The notes below the pieces were generated by a model. It was given only the letters and a program-made list of their open reading frames with translations. It was not told the origin of the DNA and did no database searches. 64,000 nucleotides of DNA, taken from Gammaproteobacteria bacterium (GTDB lineage: Bacteria; Pseudomonadota; Gammaproteobacteria; CAJXQU01). A program made the translations under genes and the position numbers. Below are positions 11,255-25,724 of the stretch, one piece after another (position 1 is the first letter of the stretch; each line of letters opens with the position of its first letter). The stretch is from contig CBDEGZ010000003.1 of assembly GCA_965238175.1 (NCBI GenBank), positions 864,001 through 928,000 on the forward strand, given 5' to 3'.

Positions 11255-14200
11255 ATGGCATATTCATATACTGAGAAAAAGCGAATTCGTAAGGGTTTTG
11301 GACAACAGCAAGCCATTATGGAAGTACCCTATTTACTTGCAACTCAGATTGATTCTTTTCGCAAATTTCTTCAGGCAGAAGCAGATCCAGAGTCGCGCAC
11401 AAATGTAGGTTTACATGCTGCGTTTAAATCTGTATTCCCGATTGTTAGTCATTCAGGTTTTGCGATACTTGAATATGTTAGTTATCGACTCGGTAAACCC
11501 GTTTTTGACGTTAAAGAATGTCAAGTTCGTGGTTTGACTTATGCAGCGTCTTTACGAGTAAAGTGTCGTCTGGTTATTTATGACAAAGAGTCAGGCGCAG
11601 AAAAGAAAGTAAAAGATATTAAAGAACAAGAAGTTTATATGGGTGAACTACCATTGATGACTGATAACGGCACGTTTGTTATTAATGGTACTGAACGGGT
11701 TATCGTTTCTCAGCTACATCGATCACCAGGCGTATTTTTTGATCATGATCGTGGTAAAACGCATTCTTCTGGAAAGCTATTGTTCTCAGCACGTGTGATC
11801 CCATACCGTGGTTCATGGCTCGATTTTGAATTTGATCCAAAAGATTATGTTTACGTACGAATAGATCGTCGACGAAAAATCCCTGCGACGATATTGTTGC
11901 GGGCTCTCGGTTATAACAACGAACAAATCTTGGAAATGTTCTTCGACAATACCGAGTTTAAAGCAGTGAAAGAAGGTTATTCAATGGCGCTTATCTCAGA
12001 GCGGCTGCGAGGCGAAACGTTGTTTTTTGATCTTGTCGATAAAAAAGGCGAAGTTATTGTCGAAGCTGAGAAGAGAATCACTGCACGCCATATAAGACAA
12101 ATTGAAAAGGCTGGTCTGAAAACAATTTCCGTACCAGCGCAGTATTTGATCGAAAAGGTGATGGCTAAAGACATCATTGACACGTCAACGGGCGAATTAA
12201 TCTGTGAAGCAAATGCTGAGATCACTGAAGAATTGCTTGAAAAATTGGCAGAAGCCAAGATCAAAAAGTTCGAAACGATTTATACCAATGAACTTGATCA
12301 AGGTCCCTATATTTCTGATACATTGAAAATTGATCCTAGTAAATCTGATCTTGAAGCACAGGTTGAAATCTATCGAATGATGCGACCAGGTGAGCCACCA
12401 ACCAAAGACTCTGCTGAGAACTTGTTTAATAATTTGTTTTTTACCAGTGATCGGTACGATCTGTCAGCGGTAGGGCGAATGAAATTTAATCGTCGTCTTG
12501 GTAGAAATGAAGTAGAAGGTGAAGGTATTCTTTCTAAAGAAGATATCACCGATGTTTTAACGACATTGATCGATATTAGAAACGGAAATGGAATGGTCGA
12601 TGATATTGATCATTTAGGTAACAGGCGTGTTCGTAGTGTTGGTGAAATGGCGGAGAATCAATTCCGTGTTGGATTGGTTCGTGTAGAACGTGCGGTTAGA
12701 GAACGATTGACACTTGCAGATTCAGAAGGCTACATGCCGCAAGAATTGATTAATGCACGTCCGGTATCTGCAGTTGTTAAAGAGTTTTTCGGTTCAAGCC
12801 AACTTTCGCAGTTTATGGATCAAAATAATCCGTTGTCAGAAGTTACACACAAACGTCGTGTTTCTGCGTTAGGCCCTGGTGGCTTGACTAGAGAACGTGC
12901 TGGTTTTGAGGTACGTGACGTACACCCAACGCATTATGGCCGAGTCTGCCCGATTGAAACGCCAGAGGGTCCAAACATTGGTTTGATCAACTCTTTGGCT
13001 ATTTATGCAAGAACGAATGATTATGGTTTCTTAGAAACTCCATATCGTAAAGTGAAAAATGGCAAAGTGACTGATGATGTTGAATATCTTTCAGCCATTG
13101 AAGAGGGCCAGTTTGTAATCGCTCAAGCGAATGCTCAGACGGATAGTCGAGGTAAGATGATAGAAGATCTGGTTCCGTGTCGTCATTTGAACGAAACAAC
13201 ACTTTCGTCACCTGATAGAGTGGAATATATGGACGTTTCGCCACGTCAAATCGTATCAGTTGCGGCTTCATTAATTCCATTCTTAGAGCATGATGATGCA
13301 AATCGTGCGTTGATGGGTTCAAACATGCAGCGTCAAGCTGTACCTGTTTTGAAAGCTGAGAAACCATTATCAGGGACGGGTATGGAGCTTGCGGTTGCTC
13401 GTGATTCAGGTGTTACTGTTGTTGCATCACGAGGTGGTGTTGTCGATTCGGTAGACGCTAGCCGTATTGTGGTTAGAGTTAATGATAAAGAAACCGAAGC
13501 AGGTGAATCAGGTGTTGATATATACAATCTGACTAAGTATACGCGTTCAAATCAAAACACTTGTATAAATCAGCGGCCACTGGTATCTCTTGGTGATGAA
13601 ATATCCCGAGGTGATGTGCTTGCTGATGGGCCATCTACAGATATGGGTGAGCTTGCACTTGGACAAAATATGTTGGTGGCATTTATGCCATGGAATGGTT
13701 ACAACTTCGAGGATTCGATTTTAATCTCGGAAAGAGTTGTTCAGGAAGATCGTTATACCAGTATTCATATTGAAGAACTTACTTGTGTTGCTCGTGATAC
13801 TAAATTGGGCGCAGAAGAAATTTCTGGTGATATTCCTAATGTCAGCGAAAGTGCGCTTTCGAAGTTGGATGAATCAGGCATCGTTTATATCGGAGCTAAG
13901 GTTCAGCCTGGTGATATTCTGGTTGGTAAAGTGACACCTAAGGGTGAAACACAATTAACTCCAGAAGAAAAACTACTGCGAGCAATTTTTGGTGAGAAAG
14001 CCGCCGATGTTAAAGATACATCATTGCGTGTTGCTTCAGGCAAAAGTGGAACGATCATTGATGTCCAGGTATTTACTCGTGATGGCGTAGCAAAAGATGC
14101 TCGTGCAATTTCGATCGAAAAAACAGAAATGGCGAGAGTTAGACTGGATCTTGATGATCAGCAAAGAATTCTTTTGGAAGACGTTTATCAACGTGTTGAA

Positions 14201-15334
14201 AAATTATTATCAGGTGCGGTTGCAAACAAAGGTCCAAAAGGGCTTAAGAAAGGCACAAAGATCTCTAAGGATTACCTGCAAGATCTAGAAAGAGAAAAAT
14301 GGTTTGAGATTAGTCTTGAAAAAGATAAAGCAAACGAAGAACTCGAAAGTGCCGCTGCCCAAATTGAAGAGCAAAAGATTGCATTTGAAAAATTGTTTGA
14401 AGAAAAACGTATCAAACTAACCAGTGGTGATGATCTTGCTCCTGGTGTACTGAAAATGATCAAGGTTTACATGGCAGTAAGGCGCGTTACTCAACCGGGT
14501 GACAAAATGGCCGGTCGACATGGTAACAAAGGGGTTATTTCTAATATTGTACCTGTAGAAGATATGCCACACATGGAAGATGGTACACCAGTCGATATTG
14601 TTTTGAATCCACTTGGTGTTCCTTCTCGTATGAATATTGGACAAGTGCTAGAAACGCATTTGGGCTGGGCGGCGAAAGGGTTGGGTCTCAAGATTGGAAA
14701 AATGCTTGATGCACAAACGAAGATTGTTGAGCTCAGGAAATTCCTTGATTCGGTATATAACAAAACTGGGAAGCAAGAGGCGCTTAAAGAATTTTCGGAT
14801 CAAGAGGTTTTAACCTTGGCAGGAAACCTTAGAGGCGGTGTACCTATGGCTACGCCAGTATTTGATGGTGCAACTGAAGAAGACATTAAGGATATGCTTG
14901 AATTAGCTGATCTGCCACGAACCGGTCAAATGACACTTTTTGATGGCCAGACTGGTGAAAAATTTGAACGGCCGGTGACTGTTGGATACATGTATATGTT
15001 GAAGCTAAATCATCTTGTAGATGACAAAATGCACGCGCGTTCGACAGGGCCTTACAGCTTAGTAACTCAGCAACCACTGGGTGGTAAAGCTCAATTTGGT
15101 GGGCAGCGTTTTGGTGAAATGGAAGTTTGGGCATTAGAAGCCTACGGCGCATCTTATACTTTACAAGAGATGCTCACCGTTAAGTCGGATGACGTTCAAG
15201 GCAGAACTAAAATGTACAAAAATATTGTTGATGGTAATCACTTTATGGAGGCCGGTATGCCGGAATCATTCAATGTGCTACTGAAAGAGATTAGATCTTT
15301 GAGTATTGATATTGAACTTGAACGCCGCGACTAA
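11255..15334 (+). CDS. rpoB: RNA polymerase beta subunit
   Basis: [49 protein letters not shown]. Confidence 0.99.
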   Translation: MAYSYTEKKRIRKGFGQQQAIMEVPYLLATQIDSFRKFLQAEADPESRTNVGLHAAFKSVFPIVSHSGFAILEYVSYRLGKPVFDVKECQVRGLTYAASLRVKCRLVIYDKESGAEKKVKDIKEQEVYMGELPLMTDNGTFVINGTERVIVSQLHRSPGVFFDHDRGKTHSSGKLLFSARVIPYRGSWLDFEFDPKDYVYVRIDRRRKIPATILLRALGYNNEQILEMFFDNTEFKAVKEGYSMALISERLRGETLFFDLVDKKGEVIVEAEKRITARHIRQIEKAGLKTISVPAQYLIEKVMAKDIIDTSTGELICEANAEITEELLEKLAEAKIKKFETIYTNELDQGPYISDTLKIDPSKSDLEAQVEIYRMMRPGEPPTKDSAENLFNNLFFTSDRYDLSAVGRMKFNRRLGRNEVEGEGILSKEDITDVLTTLIDIRNGNGMVDDIDHLGNRRVRSVGEMAENQFRVGLVRVERAVRERLTLADSEGYMPQELINARPVSAVVKEFFGSSQLSQFMDQNNPLSEVTHKRRVSALGPGGLTRERAGFEVRDVHPTHYGRVCPIETPEGPNIGLINSLAIYARTNDYGFLETPYRKVKNGKVTDDVEYLSAIEEGQFVIAQANAQTDSRGKMIEDLVPCRHLNETTLSSPDRVEYMDVSPRQIVSVAASLIPFLEHDDANRALMGSNMQRQAVPVLKAEKPLSGTGMELAVARDSGVTVVASRGGVVDSVDASRIVVRVNDKETEAGESGVDIYNLTKYTRSNQNTCINQRPLVSLGDEISRGDVLADGPSTDMGELALGQNMLVAFMPWNGYNFEDSILISERVVQEDRYTSIHIEELTCVARDTKLGAEEISGDIPNVSESALSKLDESGIVYIGAKVQPGDILVGKVTPKGETQLTPEEKLLRAIFGEKAADVKDTSLRVASGKSGTIIDVQVFTRDGVAKDARAISIEKTEMARVRLDLDDQQRILLEDVYQRVEKLLSGAVANKGPKGLKKGTKISKDYLQDLEREKWFEISLEKDKANEELESAAAQIEEQKIAFEKLFEEKRIKLTSGDDLAPGVLKMIKVYMAVRRVTQPGDKMAGRHGNKGVISNIVPVEDMPHMEDGTPVDIVLNPLGVPSRMNIGQVLETHLGWAAKGLGLKIGKMLDAQTKIVELRKFLDSVYNKTGKQEALKEFSDQEVLTLAGNLRGGVPMATPVFDGATEEDIKDMLELADLPRTGQMTLFDGQTGEKFERPVTVGYMYMLKLNHLVDDKMHARSTGPYSLVTQQPLGGKAQFGGQRFGEMEVWALEAYGASYTLQEMLTVKSDDVQGRTKMYKNIVDGNHFMEAGMPESFNVLLKEIRSLSIDIELERRD

Positions 15335-15376
15335 GCCCGACTACATAATTTTGGTCCTCAAACTGGAGGCAGTGAC

Positions 15377-18300
15377 TTGAAAGATTTATTAAATTTTCTT
15401 AGACAACAAACTCACGTTGAAGATTTCGATGCGATCAGCATTGGTCTTGCTTCACCGGAGAAGATCCGTTCTTGGTCCTATGGTGAAGTTAAAAAACCAG
15501 AGACGATTAATTATCGTACATTTAAACCAGAGCGTGACGGGTTATTTTGTGCAAAAACATTTGGTCCTGTAAAAGATTTTGAGTGTCTTTGTGGAAAATA
15601 TAAAAGACTTAAACATCGTGGTGTAGTTTGTGAAAAGTGTGGTGTTGAAGTCACACAGGCAAAAGTGCGTCGTGATCGAATGGGTCATATCGATCTCGCA
15701 AGTCCAGTAGCACATATCTGGTTTTTAAAATCGTTACCGTCACGTATGGGTCTTTTATTGGACATGACTTTGAGGGATATCGAACGGATTCTCTATTTTG
15801 AAGCATTTGTGATTGTCGATTCAGGGATGACAGGCTTGGAAGTAGGCCAGCTATTATCTGAAGAGAATTACTTGGAAGCTGTAGAAGAATATGGTGATGA
15901 CTTCACGGCAAAAATGGGTGCGGAAGCCGTTCTTGATCTTTTGAATGATCTTGATCTTAATGAAGAGATAGCAAGTATTCGTGAGGCATTACCTACAACA
16001 AGTTCTGAAACCAAACTCAAAAAGATGACTAAGCGCTTGAAGTTAATGGAAGCGTTTGTACATTCTGGTAATAAACCAGAATGGATGATCTTACGAGTGT
16101 TACCTGTTCTACCACCAGAATTACGACCGCTTGTTCCTTTGGACGGTGGACGTTTTGCTACTTCTGATCTGAATGATTTGTATCGGCGAGTTATTAACCG
16201 AAATAATCGTTTGAAACGCCTTTTAGATCTGAGTGCTCCAGATATTATCGTACGTAACGAAAAGCGTATGTTGCAGGAATCTGTTGATGCGCTTCTTGAT
16301 AATGGACGACGTGGTCGAGCGATTACAGGTACTAACAAACTGCCTCTAAAATCATTGGCAGATATGATCAAAGGTAAGCAGGGTCGTTTCCGTCAAAATT
16401 TGCTTGGAAAGCGTGTGGATTATTCAGGTCGTTCGGTTATCGTTGTTGGTCCAACGTTACGTTTACATCAATGTGGTCTACCTAAAAAAATGGCGCTTGA
16501 GTTGTTCAAACCATTTATTTTTAGCAAGCTCGAAAGGTTGGGTATTGCGACAACAATCAAGGCTGCCAAGAAAACTGTAGAACGTGAAGGGCCAGAAGTA
16601 TGGGACATTTTAGAAGATGTGATCCGCGAGCATCCGGTCATGTTGAATCGAGCTCCCACTCTACATAGATTAGGCATTCAAGCATTTGAACCAATATTGA
16701 TTGAAGGGAAAGCAATACAGCTTCACCCATTGGTTTGTACTGCGTTTAACGCTGATTTTGACGGTGACCAAATGGCTGTCCATGTACCTTTGTCTATTGA
16801 AGCACAGCTTGAAGCTCGAACGTTGATGATGTCGACCAATAATGTATTGTCGCCTGCGAACGGTGAACCGATTATTGTTCCTTCGCAAGATGTTGTACTT
16901 GGCCTTTACTATATGACTCGTGAATCTATTAACGCTAAGGGTGAAGGTATGATCTTTTCTGATCTTGCCGAAGTTGTTCGTGCTTATGAATCTCACGCAG
17001 TTGGTATTCACGCCAAAGTTAAAGTTCGAATAGAAGAAGTTCAGTTTGTAGCTGGCGAACGTAAGACAACTAGACGTATTGTCGATACAACTATCGGTAG
17101 AGCAATGTTGTCAGAAATTTTACCTGAAGGTCTTTCTTTTGACCTTGTAAATCGTGAGATGAACAAGAAAGCAATTTCGAATTTGATCAACAGTTGTTAT
17201 CGTGAGTTGGAAGTTAAAGACACAGTCGTCTTTGCTGATAAGTTGATGTATAAAGGTTTTAAAATGGCAACACGATCGGGTGTTTCAATTGGCATTGAAG
17301 ACATGGTTGTACCATCTACAAAACCAGAAATTATGGCACAAGCTGAAGCAGGTGTTCGTGAAATTGAAGATCAGTATGCAAACGGTCTTGTGACGAATGG
17401 TGAGCGATATAACAAGGTTGTTGATATTTGGTCTCATACTAATGATAAAGTTGCTAAAGCAATGATGGATGAGTTGGGATCAGAAACTGTTATTGATAGA
17501 GAAGGAAACGGTGTTAGTCAGGCTTCCTTTAACTCTATTTATATGATGGCTGATTCTGGTGCTCGTGGTTCCGCAGCACAGATTAGACAGTTGGCTGGTA
17601 TGCGTGGTCTTATGGCTAAACCTGATGGATCAATTATCGAAACACCTATTAAGGCAAATTTCCGGGAAGGACTCGATGTTTTGCAGTACTTCATATCTAC
17701 TCACGGTGCTCGAAAAGGCCTTGCTGATACCGCACTGAAAACAGCTAACTCAGGTTATTTAACACGTCGCTTAGTTGATGTTGCTCAAGATTTGGTTGTC
17801 ACTGAACCGGATTGTGGAACTGCAGATGGTATTGAAATGATTCCAATCATTGAAGGTGGTGATGTTGTAGAGCCACTACGTGAACGAGTGCTCGGACGAG
17901 TGGTTGCTGAAGACGTATACAAACCTGGTGGCGATGTGCTTGTTGCTGAACGAGGCGTACTATTAGATGAAGCATGGCTTGATAGGCTTGAGGAAAATAG
18001 CATTGATCAAATTAAGGTTAGATCAGCAATTACCTGCAAAACACATTACGGTGTATGTCAAGCTTGCTATGGCAGAGATCTTGCCCGCGGGAATGTAGTG
18101 AATATTGGTGAGGCTGTTGGGGTTATGGCAGCTCAATCAATTGGTGAGCCTGGTACACAGCTTACTATGCGTACTTTCCACATTGGTGGAGCTGCTTCTA
18201 GAGCAGCTGCAGTTAATAGTATCGAAGTAAAATCAAAAGGTAGTGTAAAACTCCATAACATCAAGCTTCTTGAGCGTGCTGATGGTAAATCTGTAACGGT

Positions 18301-19600
18301 TTCACGATCAGGAGGCCTTGCTGTAATCGATGAAAATGGTCGAGAAAAAGAACGTTATAAGGTTCCATATGGTGCAGAGCTGTCGATCAAAGACGGCGGT
18401 GAAATAGAGGCTGGTCAAGTTGTAGCTAACTGGGATCCGCATACTCATCCAGTTATTACAGAGGTAAAAGGTGTCGTTATATTCAGTGATATTATAGAAG
18501 GTTCAACGGTTGTCCGTGAAGTTGATGATATCACTGGAATGACCAGCTTGGTTATTACTGATCCAAAACAACGTGCTACAAGCACAAAAGATCTGAAACC
18601 TACGGTTAAATTAGTAGATGGGAAAGGAAAAGATCTAATGATACCGGGGACGAAAATCCCTGCTCATTATCCACTGCCAGCAAATGCTGTCATTGTTGTT
18701 TCTGAAAAGGGTGAAGTTAATGTAGGTGATGTTATTGCCCGCTTACCACAAGAGTCTGCTAAAACGCGTGATATAACCGGTGGATTACCAAGAGTTGCAG
18801 ATCTGTTTGAAGCAAGAAAACCTAAAGAACCTGCTATTCTTGCTGAAGCTACAGGTACAGTTAGTTTTGGTAAGGAAACAAAGGGTAAACAACGTCTAGT
18901 GATTACCGATTCCGAGGGCGATCAAAATGAAACGTTGATACCTAAATGGCGTCACGTTAATGTCTTTGAAGGAGAGCATGTTGAACGAGGTGAAGGTATT
19001 GTAGACGGTGCTTCTGATGCACACGATATACTCAGACTGAAAGGTATTTTACCATTGACTGAATACATCGTTAATGAGGTTCAGGACGTTTATCGCCTTC
19101 AGGGTGTAAAAATCAATGACAAGCATATAGAAGTTATTGTTCGTCAAATGCTGAGAAAGGTTGAGATTGAGGCTTCTGGTGATAGTCGTTATTTGAAAGG
19201 TGAACAGATAGAGAAAGAGGCTATTTTAATAGAGAACGAGACAATGGTAGCCGAAGGCAAAGAACCAGCTGTGTGGCAGCAACTCTTGCTTGGTATCACG
19301 AAGGCATCACTTGCAACAGAGTCATTTATTTCTGCTGCATCCTTTCAGGAAACCACCCGAGTCCTTACTGAGGCTTCTGTTACAGGAAAAAGTGATGAAC
19401 TGCGTGGCTTAAAAGAAAACGTTATTGTTGGGCGTTTAATACCTGCTGGGACGGGTTATGCATACCATCAAGAGCGACGTAAAAAACGTATTGATGAATT
19501 GCTTAACCTATCGGATATAGGTGATCTGGCTATTGCTAGCGATGTTACTGGTGGAATGGTATCAGACGGTGATACGGATTCAGCCATGACAGGATCATAG
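15377..19600 (+). CDS. rpoC: RNA polymerase beta' subunit
   Basis: [10 protein letters not shown] catalytic motif, N-terminal Zn ribbon; TTG start with GGAGG RBS. Confidence 0.99.
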   Translation: MKDLLNFLRQQTHVEDFDAISIGLASPEKIRSWSYGEVKKPETINYRTFKPERDGLFCAKTFGPVKDFECLCGKYKRLKHRGVVCEKCGVEVTQAKVRRDRMGHIDLASPVAHIWFLKSLPSRMGLLLDMTLRDIERILYFEAFVIVDSGMTGLEVGQLLSEENYLEAVEEYGDDFTAKMGAEAVLDLLNDLDLNEEIASIREALPTTSSETKLKKMTKRLKLMEAFVHSGNKPEWMILRVLPVLPPELRPLVPLDGGRFATSDLNDLYRRVINRNNRLKRLLDLSAPDIIVRNEKRMLQESVDALLDNGRRGRAITGTNKLPLKSLADMIKGKQGRFRQNLLGKRVDYSGRSVIVVGPTLRLHQCGLPKKMALELFKPFIFSKLERLGIATTIKAAKKTVEREGPEVWDILEDVIREHPVMLNRAPTLHRLGIQAFEPILIEGKAIQLHPLVCTAFNADFDGDQMAVHVPLSIEAQLEARTLMMSTNNVLSPANGEPIIVPSQDVVLGLYYMTRESINAKGEGMIFSDLAEVVRAYESHAVGIHAKVKVRIEEVQFVAGERKTTRRIVDTTIGRAMLSEILPEGLSFDLVNREMNKKAISNLINSCYRELEVKDTVVFADKLMYKGFKMATRSGVSIGIEDMVVPSTKPEIMAQAEAGVREIEDQYANGLVTNGERYNKVVDIWSHTNDKVAKAMMDELGSETVIDREGNGVSQASFNSIYMMADSGARGSAAQIRQLAGMRGLMAKPDGSIIETPIKANFREGLDVLQYFISTHGARKGLADTALKTANSGYLTRRLVDVAQDLVVTEPDCGTADGIEMIPIIEGGDVVEPLRERVLGRVVAEDVYKPGGDVLVAERGVLLDEAWLDRLEENSIDQIKVRSAITCKTHYGVCQACYGRDLARGNVVNIGEAVGVMAAQSIGEPGTQLTMRTFHIGGAASRAAAVNSIEVKSKGSVKLHNIKLLERADGKSVTVSRSGGLAVIDENGREKERYKVPYGAELSIKDGGEIEAGQVVANWDPHTHPVITEVKGVVIFSDIIEGSTVVREVDDITGMTSLVITDPKQRATSTKDLKPTVKLVDGKGKDLMIPGTKIPAHYPLPANAVIVVSEKGEVNVGDVIARLPQESAKTRDITGGLPRVADLFEARKPKEPAILAEATGTVSFGKETKGKQRLVITDSEGDQNETLIPKWRHVNVFEGEHVERGEGIVDGASDAHDILRLKGILPLTEYIVNEVQDVYRLQGVKINDKHIEVIVRQMLRKVEIEASGDSRYLKGEQIEKEAILIENETMVAEGKEPAVWQQLLLGITKASLATESFISAASFQETTRVLTEASVTGKSDELRGLKENVIVGRLIPAGTGYAYHQERRKKRIDELLNLSDIGDLAIASDVTGGMVSDGDTDSAMTGS

Positions 19601-19637
19601 AAATACCGGTCAACTGAAAAAATAATTGACGTTGGCC

Positions 19638-19666
19638 TTGACAGGGGAAGGTAAGAAAAATACAAT
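19638..19666 (+). promoter_or_regulatory. Sigma70 promoter of the str operon
   Basis: TTGACA-17 nt-TACAAT upstream of rpsL. Confidence 0.8.
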
Positions 19667-19821
19667 TCCGCCTCTTTGTTGACAGGGCATTATTTAATGC
19701 TTGGTCAGATGTATATAGACCATCGAAAGAATGTTGTGTAGCCATCATTATTTCGGTGGTTATTTTTTGTCTGATGACATTATATATACGTGTTATTTGG
19801 CATATGTGAAAGGATATTTGG

Positions 19822-20196
19822 ATGACAACTATTAATCAGCTAGTCAGGAATCCGCGCAAGCGGCAACGGGTAAAAAGTAATGTGCCTGCTTTGGAGAGCT
19901 GTCCGCAGAAAAGAGGGGTGTGCACTCGTGTATATACAACGACACCTAAGAAGCCTAATTCTGCGATGAGAAAAGTTGCTCGTGTAAGACTTACTAACGG
20001 GCATGAAGTTACAACGTACATTGGTGGTGAAGGGCATAATTTGCAAGAACATTCAGTAATACTTATTCGAGGTGGTCGTGTGAAAGATTTGCCTGGCGTG
20101 CGATACCACACAGTTCGTGGAACACTTGATACTTCTGGTGTGGCTGATCGTAAGAAGGGGCGCTCTAAGTATGGTACCAAGCGTCCTAAGTCTTAA
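19822..20196 (+). CDS. rpsL: 30S ribosomal protein S12
   Basis: [19 protein letters not shown]. Confidence 0.99.
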   Translation: MTTINQLVRNPRKRQRVKSNVPALESCPQKRGVCTRVYTTTPKKPNSAMRKVARVRLTNGHEVTTYIGGEGHNLQEHSVILIRGGRVKDLPGVRYHTVRGTLDTSGVADRKKGRSKYGTKRPKS

Positions 20197-20250
20197 ACTA
20201 CAAACATAAAGAAAAATGAAGTAGTAAATTAAAGAGAAAGTAAATTAACC

Positions 20251-20721
20251 ATGTCTAGAAGAAGAGCTGCTGATAAAAGAACGATACTGCCTGATCCAAA
20301 ATTTGGAGATGAAACGCTTGCGAAATTTGTGAATATGGTAATGAAGGATGGCAAAAAATCAACAGCTGAAAAGATTGTTTATGGAGCACTAGATAAGATG
20401 AAGGACAAAGGTTTGAACGAACCTTTAGAAGCATTTGGGACTGCTTTAGAAAATATACGGCCACGCGTCGAAGTTAAATCTCGCCGTGTTGGTGGCGCAA
20501 CTTATCAGGTGCCTGTTGAAGTGCGTGCAAACCGCCGTACTGCGTTAGCAATGCGTTGGTTGGTCGAGGCTGCTCGGAAACGAGGAGAGCAAACAATGGG
20601 GCTTCGAATTGCAGGTGAGTTGATGGATGCATACGAAAATCGCGGTAATGCAGTAAAGAAAAAAGAAGATACGCACCGTATGGCTGAGGCAAACAGGGCT
20701 TTCTCCCATTTTCGCTGGTGA
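20251..20721 (+). CDS. rpsG: 30S ribosomal protein S7
   Basis: [22 protein letters not shown]. Confidence 0.99.
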   Translation: MSRRRAADKRTILPDPKFGDETLAKFVNMVMKDGKKSTAEKIVYGALDKMKDKGLNEPLEAFGTALENIRPRVEVKSRRVGGATYQVPVEVRANRRTALAMRWLVEAARKRGEQTMGLRIAGELMDAYENRGNAVKKKEDTHRMAEANRAFSHFRW

Positions 20722-20745
20722 TATTGTTGTAAGAGGGGTTTTCCT

Positions 20746-22848
20746 GTGGCACGTACCACTCCTATAGAACGTTATCGTAACGTTGGCATCATGGCTCATA
20801 TTGATGCAGGAAAAACGACGACGACGGAGAGGGTGCTTTTTTATACTGGGATATCTCATAAAATTGGTGAGGTTCATGATGGCGCTGCTGTCATGGATTG
20901 GATGGAACAAGAGCAAGAGCGTGGGATTACAATCACCTCTGCTGCAACAACCTGCTTTTGGCGGGGTATGGATAAGGGTTTTGATGAGCACCGTATAAAT
21001 ATCATCGATACTCCTGGGCATGTCGATTTTACTATTGAGGTAGAGAGATCGCTCAGAGTGCTTGATGGCGCGGTCGCTGTTTTTTGTGCTGTGGGTGGTG
21101 TTGAGCCACAGTCTGAAACGGTGTGGAGACAAGCCAATAAATATCAAGTGCCTCGAATGGCATTTGTAAATAAGATGGACAGGGCAGGAGCGGATTTCCT
21201 GAGAGTGGTTGATCAAATAAATGGCCGCTTAGGTAGCAGCCCAGTTTGTTTACAATTGCCAATAGGTGCTGAAGAAAATTTTGAAGGGGTTGTAGACCTC
21301 ATTAAAATGAAAGCGCTGTATTGGGATGAGGCGACTCAAGGCACACGATTTGAAGAGCAAGAAATTCCTGATGCTATGCAGGAAGAATGTTCCAGCAAGC
21401 GTGAGCTTTTGGTAGAGGCTGCGGCAGAAGCTTTTGATAGTTTGATGGAAAAGTATCTGGAAGGTGAAGATCTTACAGACGCAGAAATCAAAAAAGGCCT
21501 TCGAGCTAGAACACTAAAGAATGAAATAGTTCTGGTTTGCTGCGGATCGGCCTTTAAGAATAAGGGTGTTCAAGCAATGTTGGATGCCATAGTAGAGTAC
21601 ATGCCATCTCCAATTGATGTGCCGGCAATAAAAGGCATAGTAGATGGTAAGGAAGAGAATGAGGTAGAGCGACCCGCTGACGATGAAGCACCATTCGCAG
21701 CATTAGCTTTTAAGATTGCGACAGATTCGTTTGTTGGAACCCTAACTTTTTTTAGGGTTTATTCGGGTGTGTTGCAAACTGGGGATACAGTTTGCAATCC
21801 AATTAAAGGAAGGAAGGAAAGAATTGGCCGTATCCTGCAAATGCACGCCAATAGTCGTGAAGAGATTAAAGAGGTTCGGGCTGGCGATATAGCAGCTGCT
21901 GTAGGTTTGAAAGATGTAACAACGGGTGAGACCTTATGTGATATTAAGGAATCTATAACGTTGGAGCGTATGGAGTTTCCAGATCCTGTGATTTCGGTTG
22001 CAGTAGAGCCAAGAACAAAGGCCGATCAGGAAAAGATGGGTGTTGCATTAACTAAGTTAGCGCAAGAGGATCCATCGTTTAGAGTTAAGACTGACGAAGA
22101 ATCAGGGCAAACAATAATTTCAGGTATGGGTGAGTTGCATCTTGATATTATCGTCGACCGTATGGAGCGAGAGTTTGGTGTTGAGGCAAATATTGGTAAG
22201 CCTCAAGTTACCTACCGAGAAACTATACGAGAAGTAGTCGAGAAGGCTGAAGGTAAATTTGTTCGACAGTCTGGAGGTAGAGGCCAATATGGTCATGTAG
22301 TTTTTAAAATCGAGCCTGGTGAATTAGATTCTGGTTTTGATTTTGTAAACGATATAGTTGGTGGATCTGTACCCAAGGAATTTATTCCTGCTGTAGAAAA
22401 AGGGGTCCGAGAACAGATAGGAAACGGAGTTGTTGCTGGATATCCAATGGTTGATATCAAAGTAACACTCTACGATGGTTCTTATCATGATGTTGACTCG
22501 TCAGAAATGGCATTTAAAGTAGCTGGATCTATGGGGTTTAAAGAAGGGGTTACTAATGCAAGGCCTGTACTTTTAGAGCCGGTTATGAAAGTTGAAGTTG
22601 TTACTCCAGAAGAATATTTGGGGTCAGTGAATGGCGATTTAAACCGTCGTCGTGGAATATTGCAGGGTACGGAAGACAGTCCCTCGGGTAAGAATATTAG
22701 AGTTGAAGTTCCACTGAGTGAGATGTTTGGGTATGCAACAGCACTCAGGTCATCCACGCAGGGTAGGGCAACCTATTCGATGGAATTTGCTCGTTATGTG
22801 GAGGCTCCTCGAAATATCGCGGATGCAGTGATAAACCAATATAGTTAA
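20746..22848 (+). CDS. fusA: Elongation factor G
   Basis: [28 protein letters not shown]. Confidence 0.98.
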   Translation: MARTTPIERYRNVGIMAHIDAGKTTTTERVLFYTGISHKIGEVHDGAAVMDWMEQEQERGITITSAATTCFWRGMDKGFDEHRINIIDTPGHVDFTIEVERSLRVLDGAVAVFCAVGGVEPQSETVWRQANKYQVPRMAFVNKMDRAGADFLRVVDQINGRLGSSPVCLQLPIGAEENFEGVVDLIKMKALYWDEATQGTRFEEQEIPDAMQEECSSKRELLVEAAAEAFDSLMEKYLEGEDLTDAEIKKGLRARTLKNEIVLVCCGSAFKNKGVQAMLDAIVEYMPSPIDVPAIKGIVDGKEENEVERPADDEAPFAALAFKIATDSFVGTLTFFRVYSGVLQTGDTVCNPIKGRKERIGRILQMHANSREEIKEVRAGDIAAAVGLKDVTTGETLCDIKESITLERMEFPDPVISVAVEPRTKADQEKMGVALTKLAQEDPSFRVKTDEESGQTIISGMGELHLDIIVDRMEREFGVEANIGKPQVTYRETIREVVEKAEGKFVRQSGGRGQYGHVVFKIEPGELDSGFDFVNDIVGGSVPKEFIPAVEKGVREQIGNGVVAGYPMVDIKVTLYDGSYHDVDSSEMAFKVAGSMGFKEGVTNARPVLLEPVMKVEVVTPEEYLGSVNGDLNRRRGILQGTEDSPSGKNIRVEVPLSEMFGYATALRSSTQGRATYSMEFARYVEAPRNIADAVINQYS

Positions 22849-22896
22849 AAGATTTTGAAATTAAATTAATTGAGAGAATGAAAAGGGGTACCTGAC

Positions 22897-24087
22897 GTGT
22901 CTAAGGAAAAATTTGAACGAACGAAACCACACGTAAACGTCGGAACAATCGGCCACGTAGATCATGGCAAGACGACGTTAACGGCGGCGATAACGACGCA
23001 TCAAGCGAGCAAATTTGGTGGCGAAACTAAAGCATACGATCAAATCGACAACGCCCCTGAAGAACGAGAACGGGGTATTACTATCGCAACGGCGCATGTG
23101 GAATACGAAAGTGAAAATCGACACTATGCCCATGTAGATTGCCCGGGACATGCGGATTACGTCAAAAACATGATCACCGGCGCGGCGCAAATGGACGGCG
23201 CAATCCTTGTATGTTCAGCGGCCGATGGCCCAATGCCGCAAACGCGAGAACATATCCTATTGTCACGCCAGGTAGGTGTACCTTACATTCTTGTGTACAT
23301 GAACAAAGCCGACATGGTCGATGACGAAGAACTGATCGAACTGGTCGAAATGGAAATCCGAGAACTCCTCGACAGCTATGACTTTCCTGGAGATGACACG
23401 CCAATTATTATAGGCTCTGCGCTGAAAGCCCTAGAAGGCGACAGCAGTGACATCGGTACACCGTCAATAGACAAACTGGTTGAAGCACTCGACAGCTACA
23501 TCCCTGAGCCGGAACGTGCGGTAGACGGCGCCTTCATCATGCCGATAGAAGACGTGTTCTCTATTTCAGGCCGGGGTACAGTAGTGACCGGGCGAATCGA
23601 ACGGGGGATAGTTCACGTTGGTGATGAAATAGAAATCGTAGGTATCAAAGACACCCAAATAACGACGTGTACCGGTGTTGAAATGTTCCGCAAACTACTC
23701 GACGAAGGTCAGGCAGGCGACAACGTTGGCGTACTGCTTCGCGGTACAAAACGTGAAGAAGTGGAACGAGGTCAGGTATTAGCTGCCAAAGGCTCAATCA
23801 ACCCTCATACTCACTTTGAAGCAGAGCTTTATATCTTGTCAAAAGATGAGGGAGGCCGACACACGCCCTTTTTCAACAACTACCGACCCCAGTTTTACTT
23901 CCGTACGACAGACGTAACGGGGGCCTGTGAATTACCTGAAGGAACTGAAATGGTGATGCCGGGTGACAATGTGAAGATGACGATTAAATTAATCGCTCCG
24001 ATAGCGATGGATGAGGGATTACGCTTTGCTATCCGTGAAGGTGGCCGTACTGTGGGTGCGGGTGTTGTTGCTAAGGTTATTGAGTGA
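22897..24087 (+). CDS. tuf: Elongation factor Tu (copy 2)
   Basis: Protein identical to copy 1; GTG start. Confidence 0.99.
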   Translation: MSKEKFERTKPHVNVGTIGHVDHGKTTLTAAITTHQASKFGGETKAYDQIDNAPEERERGITIATAHVEYESENRHYAHVDCPGHADYVKNMITGAAQMDGAILVCSAADGPMPQTREHILLSRQVGVPYILVYMNKADMVDDEELIELVEMEIRELLDSYDFPGDDTPIIIGSALKALEGDSSDIGTPSIDKLVEALDSYIPEPERAVDGAFIMPIEDVFSISGRGTVVTGRIERGIVHVGDEIEIVGIKDTQITTCTGVEMFRKLLDEGQAGDNVGVLLRGTKREEVERGQVLAAKGSINPHTHFEAELYILSKDEGGRHTPFFNNYRPQFYFRTTDVTGACELPEGTEMVMPGDNVKMTIKLIAPIAMDEGLRFAIREGGRTVGAGVVAKVIE

Positions 24088-24118
24088 TCATGACTAGAAT
24101 TGGAATAGGTAAAGGAAA

Positions 24119-24430
24119 ATGAGTGATCAAGTCATCAGAATTCGGCTCAAAGCGTTCGATCATCGTTTGATCGATGTTTCAACTAAGGAGATTATTGAAA
24201 CAGCGAAACGTACTGGGGCACAGGTGAAAGGTCCAATTCCTTTACCAACGAAAAAAGAACGTTTTACAATTTTGATCTCGCCACATGTAAATAAAGATGC
24301 TCGTGATCAATATGAAATAAGGACACACAAGCGGCTGCTAGATATCGTTAGCCCAACTGAAAAAACAGTTGACGCTTTAATGAAACTAGATCTTGCTGCT
24401 GGTGTAGATGTCCAGATTAAATTGAACTGA
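24119..24430 (+). CDS. rpsJ: 30S ribosomal protein S10
   Basis: [17 protein letters not shown]. Confidence 0.99.
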   Translation: MSDQVIRIRLKAFDHRLIDVSTKEIIETAKRTGAQVKGPIPLPTKKERFTILISPHVNKDARDQYEIRTHKRLLDIVSPTEKTVDALMKLDLAAGVDVQIKLN

Positions 24431-24450
24431 TAGATAGAAGGTTAAAGAAA

Positions 24451-25089
24451 ATGTCACTTGGATTAGTAGGGCAAAAACGAGGAATGACGCGTATTTTCAC
24501 AGAGGACGGAGTGTCGGTTCCTGTGACAGTCATTGAAGTTGAGCCAAATAGAGTTACCCAAATTAAGTCGACTGAAGCCGATGGATATCGTGCTGTTCAA
24601 GTTACTACTGGATCAAAACACAGGAATCGTTTGGATAAATCACAAGCAGGAATTTATGCTAAAGCAGGCACCGATACAGGTCGTGGTTTATGGGAGTTTA
24701 GACTAGGTGAAGGCGAAGCAGAAGAGCTTAAATCTGGTGAGGAAATTAAGCTTGATATTTTCGAGCAAGGTCAGAAAGTTGATGTTATAGGAACGACGAT
24801 TGGTAAAGGTTACGCAGGAGTTATAAAGCGACATAACTTTTCAATGCAAGATGCTACTCATGGTAATTCACTTGCGCATCGTCTTCCAGGTTCTATAGGG
24901 CAATGTCAAACACCTGGGCGTGTTTTAAAAGGCAAGAAAATGTCAGGTCATATGGGGAATGCAAGGCGTACTATGCAAAACCTTGAGATTGTAAGAATAG
25001 ATGTTGAAAAAAATATTTTGCTTGTCAAAGGGGCGGTTCCCGGAGCTAAAGGTGGTGACTTGTTAATCAAGCACACCACACGTGTTTAA
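24451..25089 (+). CDS. rplC: 50S ribosomal protein L3
   Basis: [23 protein letters not shown]. Confidence 0.98.
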   Translation: MSLGLVGQKRGMTRIFTEDGVSVPVTVIEVEPNRVTQIKSTEADGYRAVQVTTGSKHRNRLDKSQAGIYAKAGTDTGRGLWEFRLGEGEAEELKSGEEIKLDIFEQGQKVDVIGTTIGKGYAGVIKRHNFSMQDATHGNSLAHRLPGSIGQCQTPGRVLKGKKMSGHMGNARRTMQNLEIVRIDVEKNILLVKGAVPGAKGGDLLIKHTTRV

Positions 25090-25100
25090 GGAAACTAGAG

Positions 25101-25724
25101 ATGGATTTAAATTTACATTCATATAAAAAGGGTTCGGTCACAGGAAATGTTTCTGTCTCTGATAGTTTTTTCGGTGAAGAATATAACGAAGGATTAATTC
25201 ATCAGGTTTTGACCGCATACTCAGCAGCATCAAGAACAGGTAGTAAAGCCAATAAGTCACGTTCAGATGTTCGTGGGGGTGGTATAAAACCTTGGCGTCA
25301 AAAAGGTACAGGGCGTGCACGTTCAGGTACTTCGCGTAGTCCAATCTGGCGCAGTGGTGGTGTAACTTTCGCAGCAAGGCCTAGAAACTATTCGCAAAAA
25401 GTAAATCGTAAAATGTATCGTAAAGCGATGGCTAGTATATTTTCTGAACTAGTACGCCTTGAAAGACTTCACGTTATAGATAACTTTGATATAGAAGAAC
25501 CTAAAACAAAAGCATTGATCTCGAGTCTTAAAAAACTAAATGTAGGAGATGATGTTTTAATAATTACAGAAGAAATATCTGAGAATCTGTACCTTGCCTC
25601 GCGTAATCTTTATCACGTAGGCGTAGTAGATGTAGCAGGTATGGATCCTGTCAGTCTTGTAGGGTTTGGAAGTGTGATAATTAGCGAAGGTGCGGTTAAT
25701 GCGCTTGAGGCAAAATACTTATGA
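25101..25724 (+). CDS. rplD: 50S ribosomal protein L4
   Basis: [14 protein letters not shown]. Confidence 0.98.
   Translation: MDLNLHSYKKGSVTGNVSVSDSFFGEEYNEGLIHQVLTAYSAASRTGSKANKSRSDVRGGGIKPWRQKGTGRARSGTSRSPIWRSGGVTFAARPRNYSQKVNRKMYRKAMASIFSELVRLERLHVIDNFDIEEPKTKALISSLKKLNVGDDVLIITEEISENLYLASRNLYHVGVVDVAGMDPVSLVGFGSVIISEGAVNALEAKYL

Noticed and set aside
22620-22627. GGGGTCAG in fusA (and GGGTCAG at 45304 in prfA)
   Set aside because: Inside intact essential genes, no junction or TIR flanks; two hits in 46 kb is about chance expectation.
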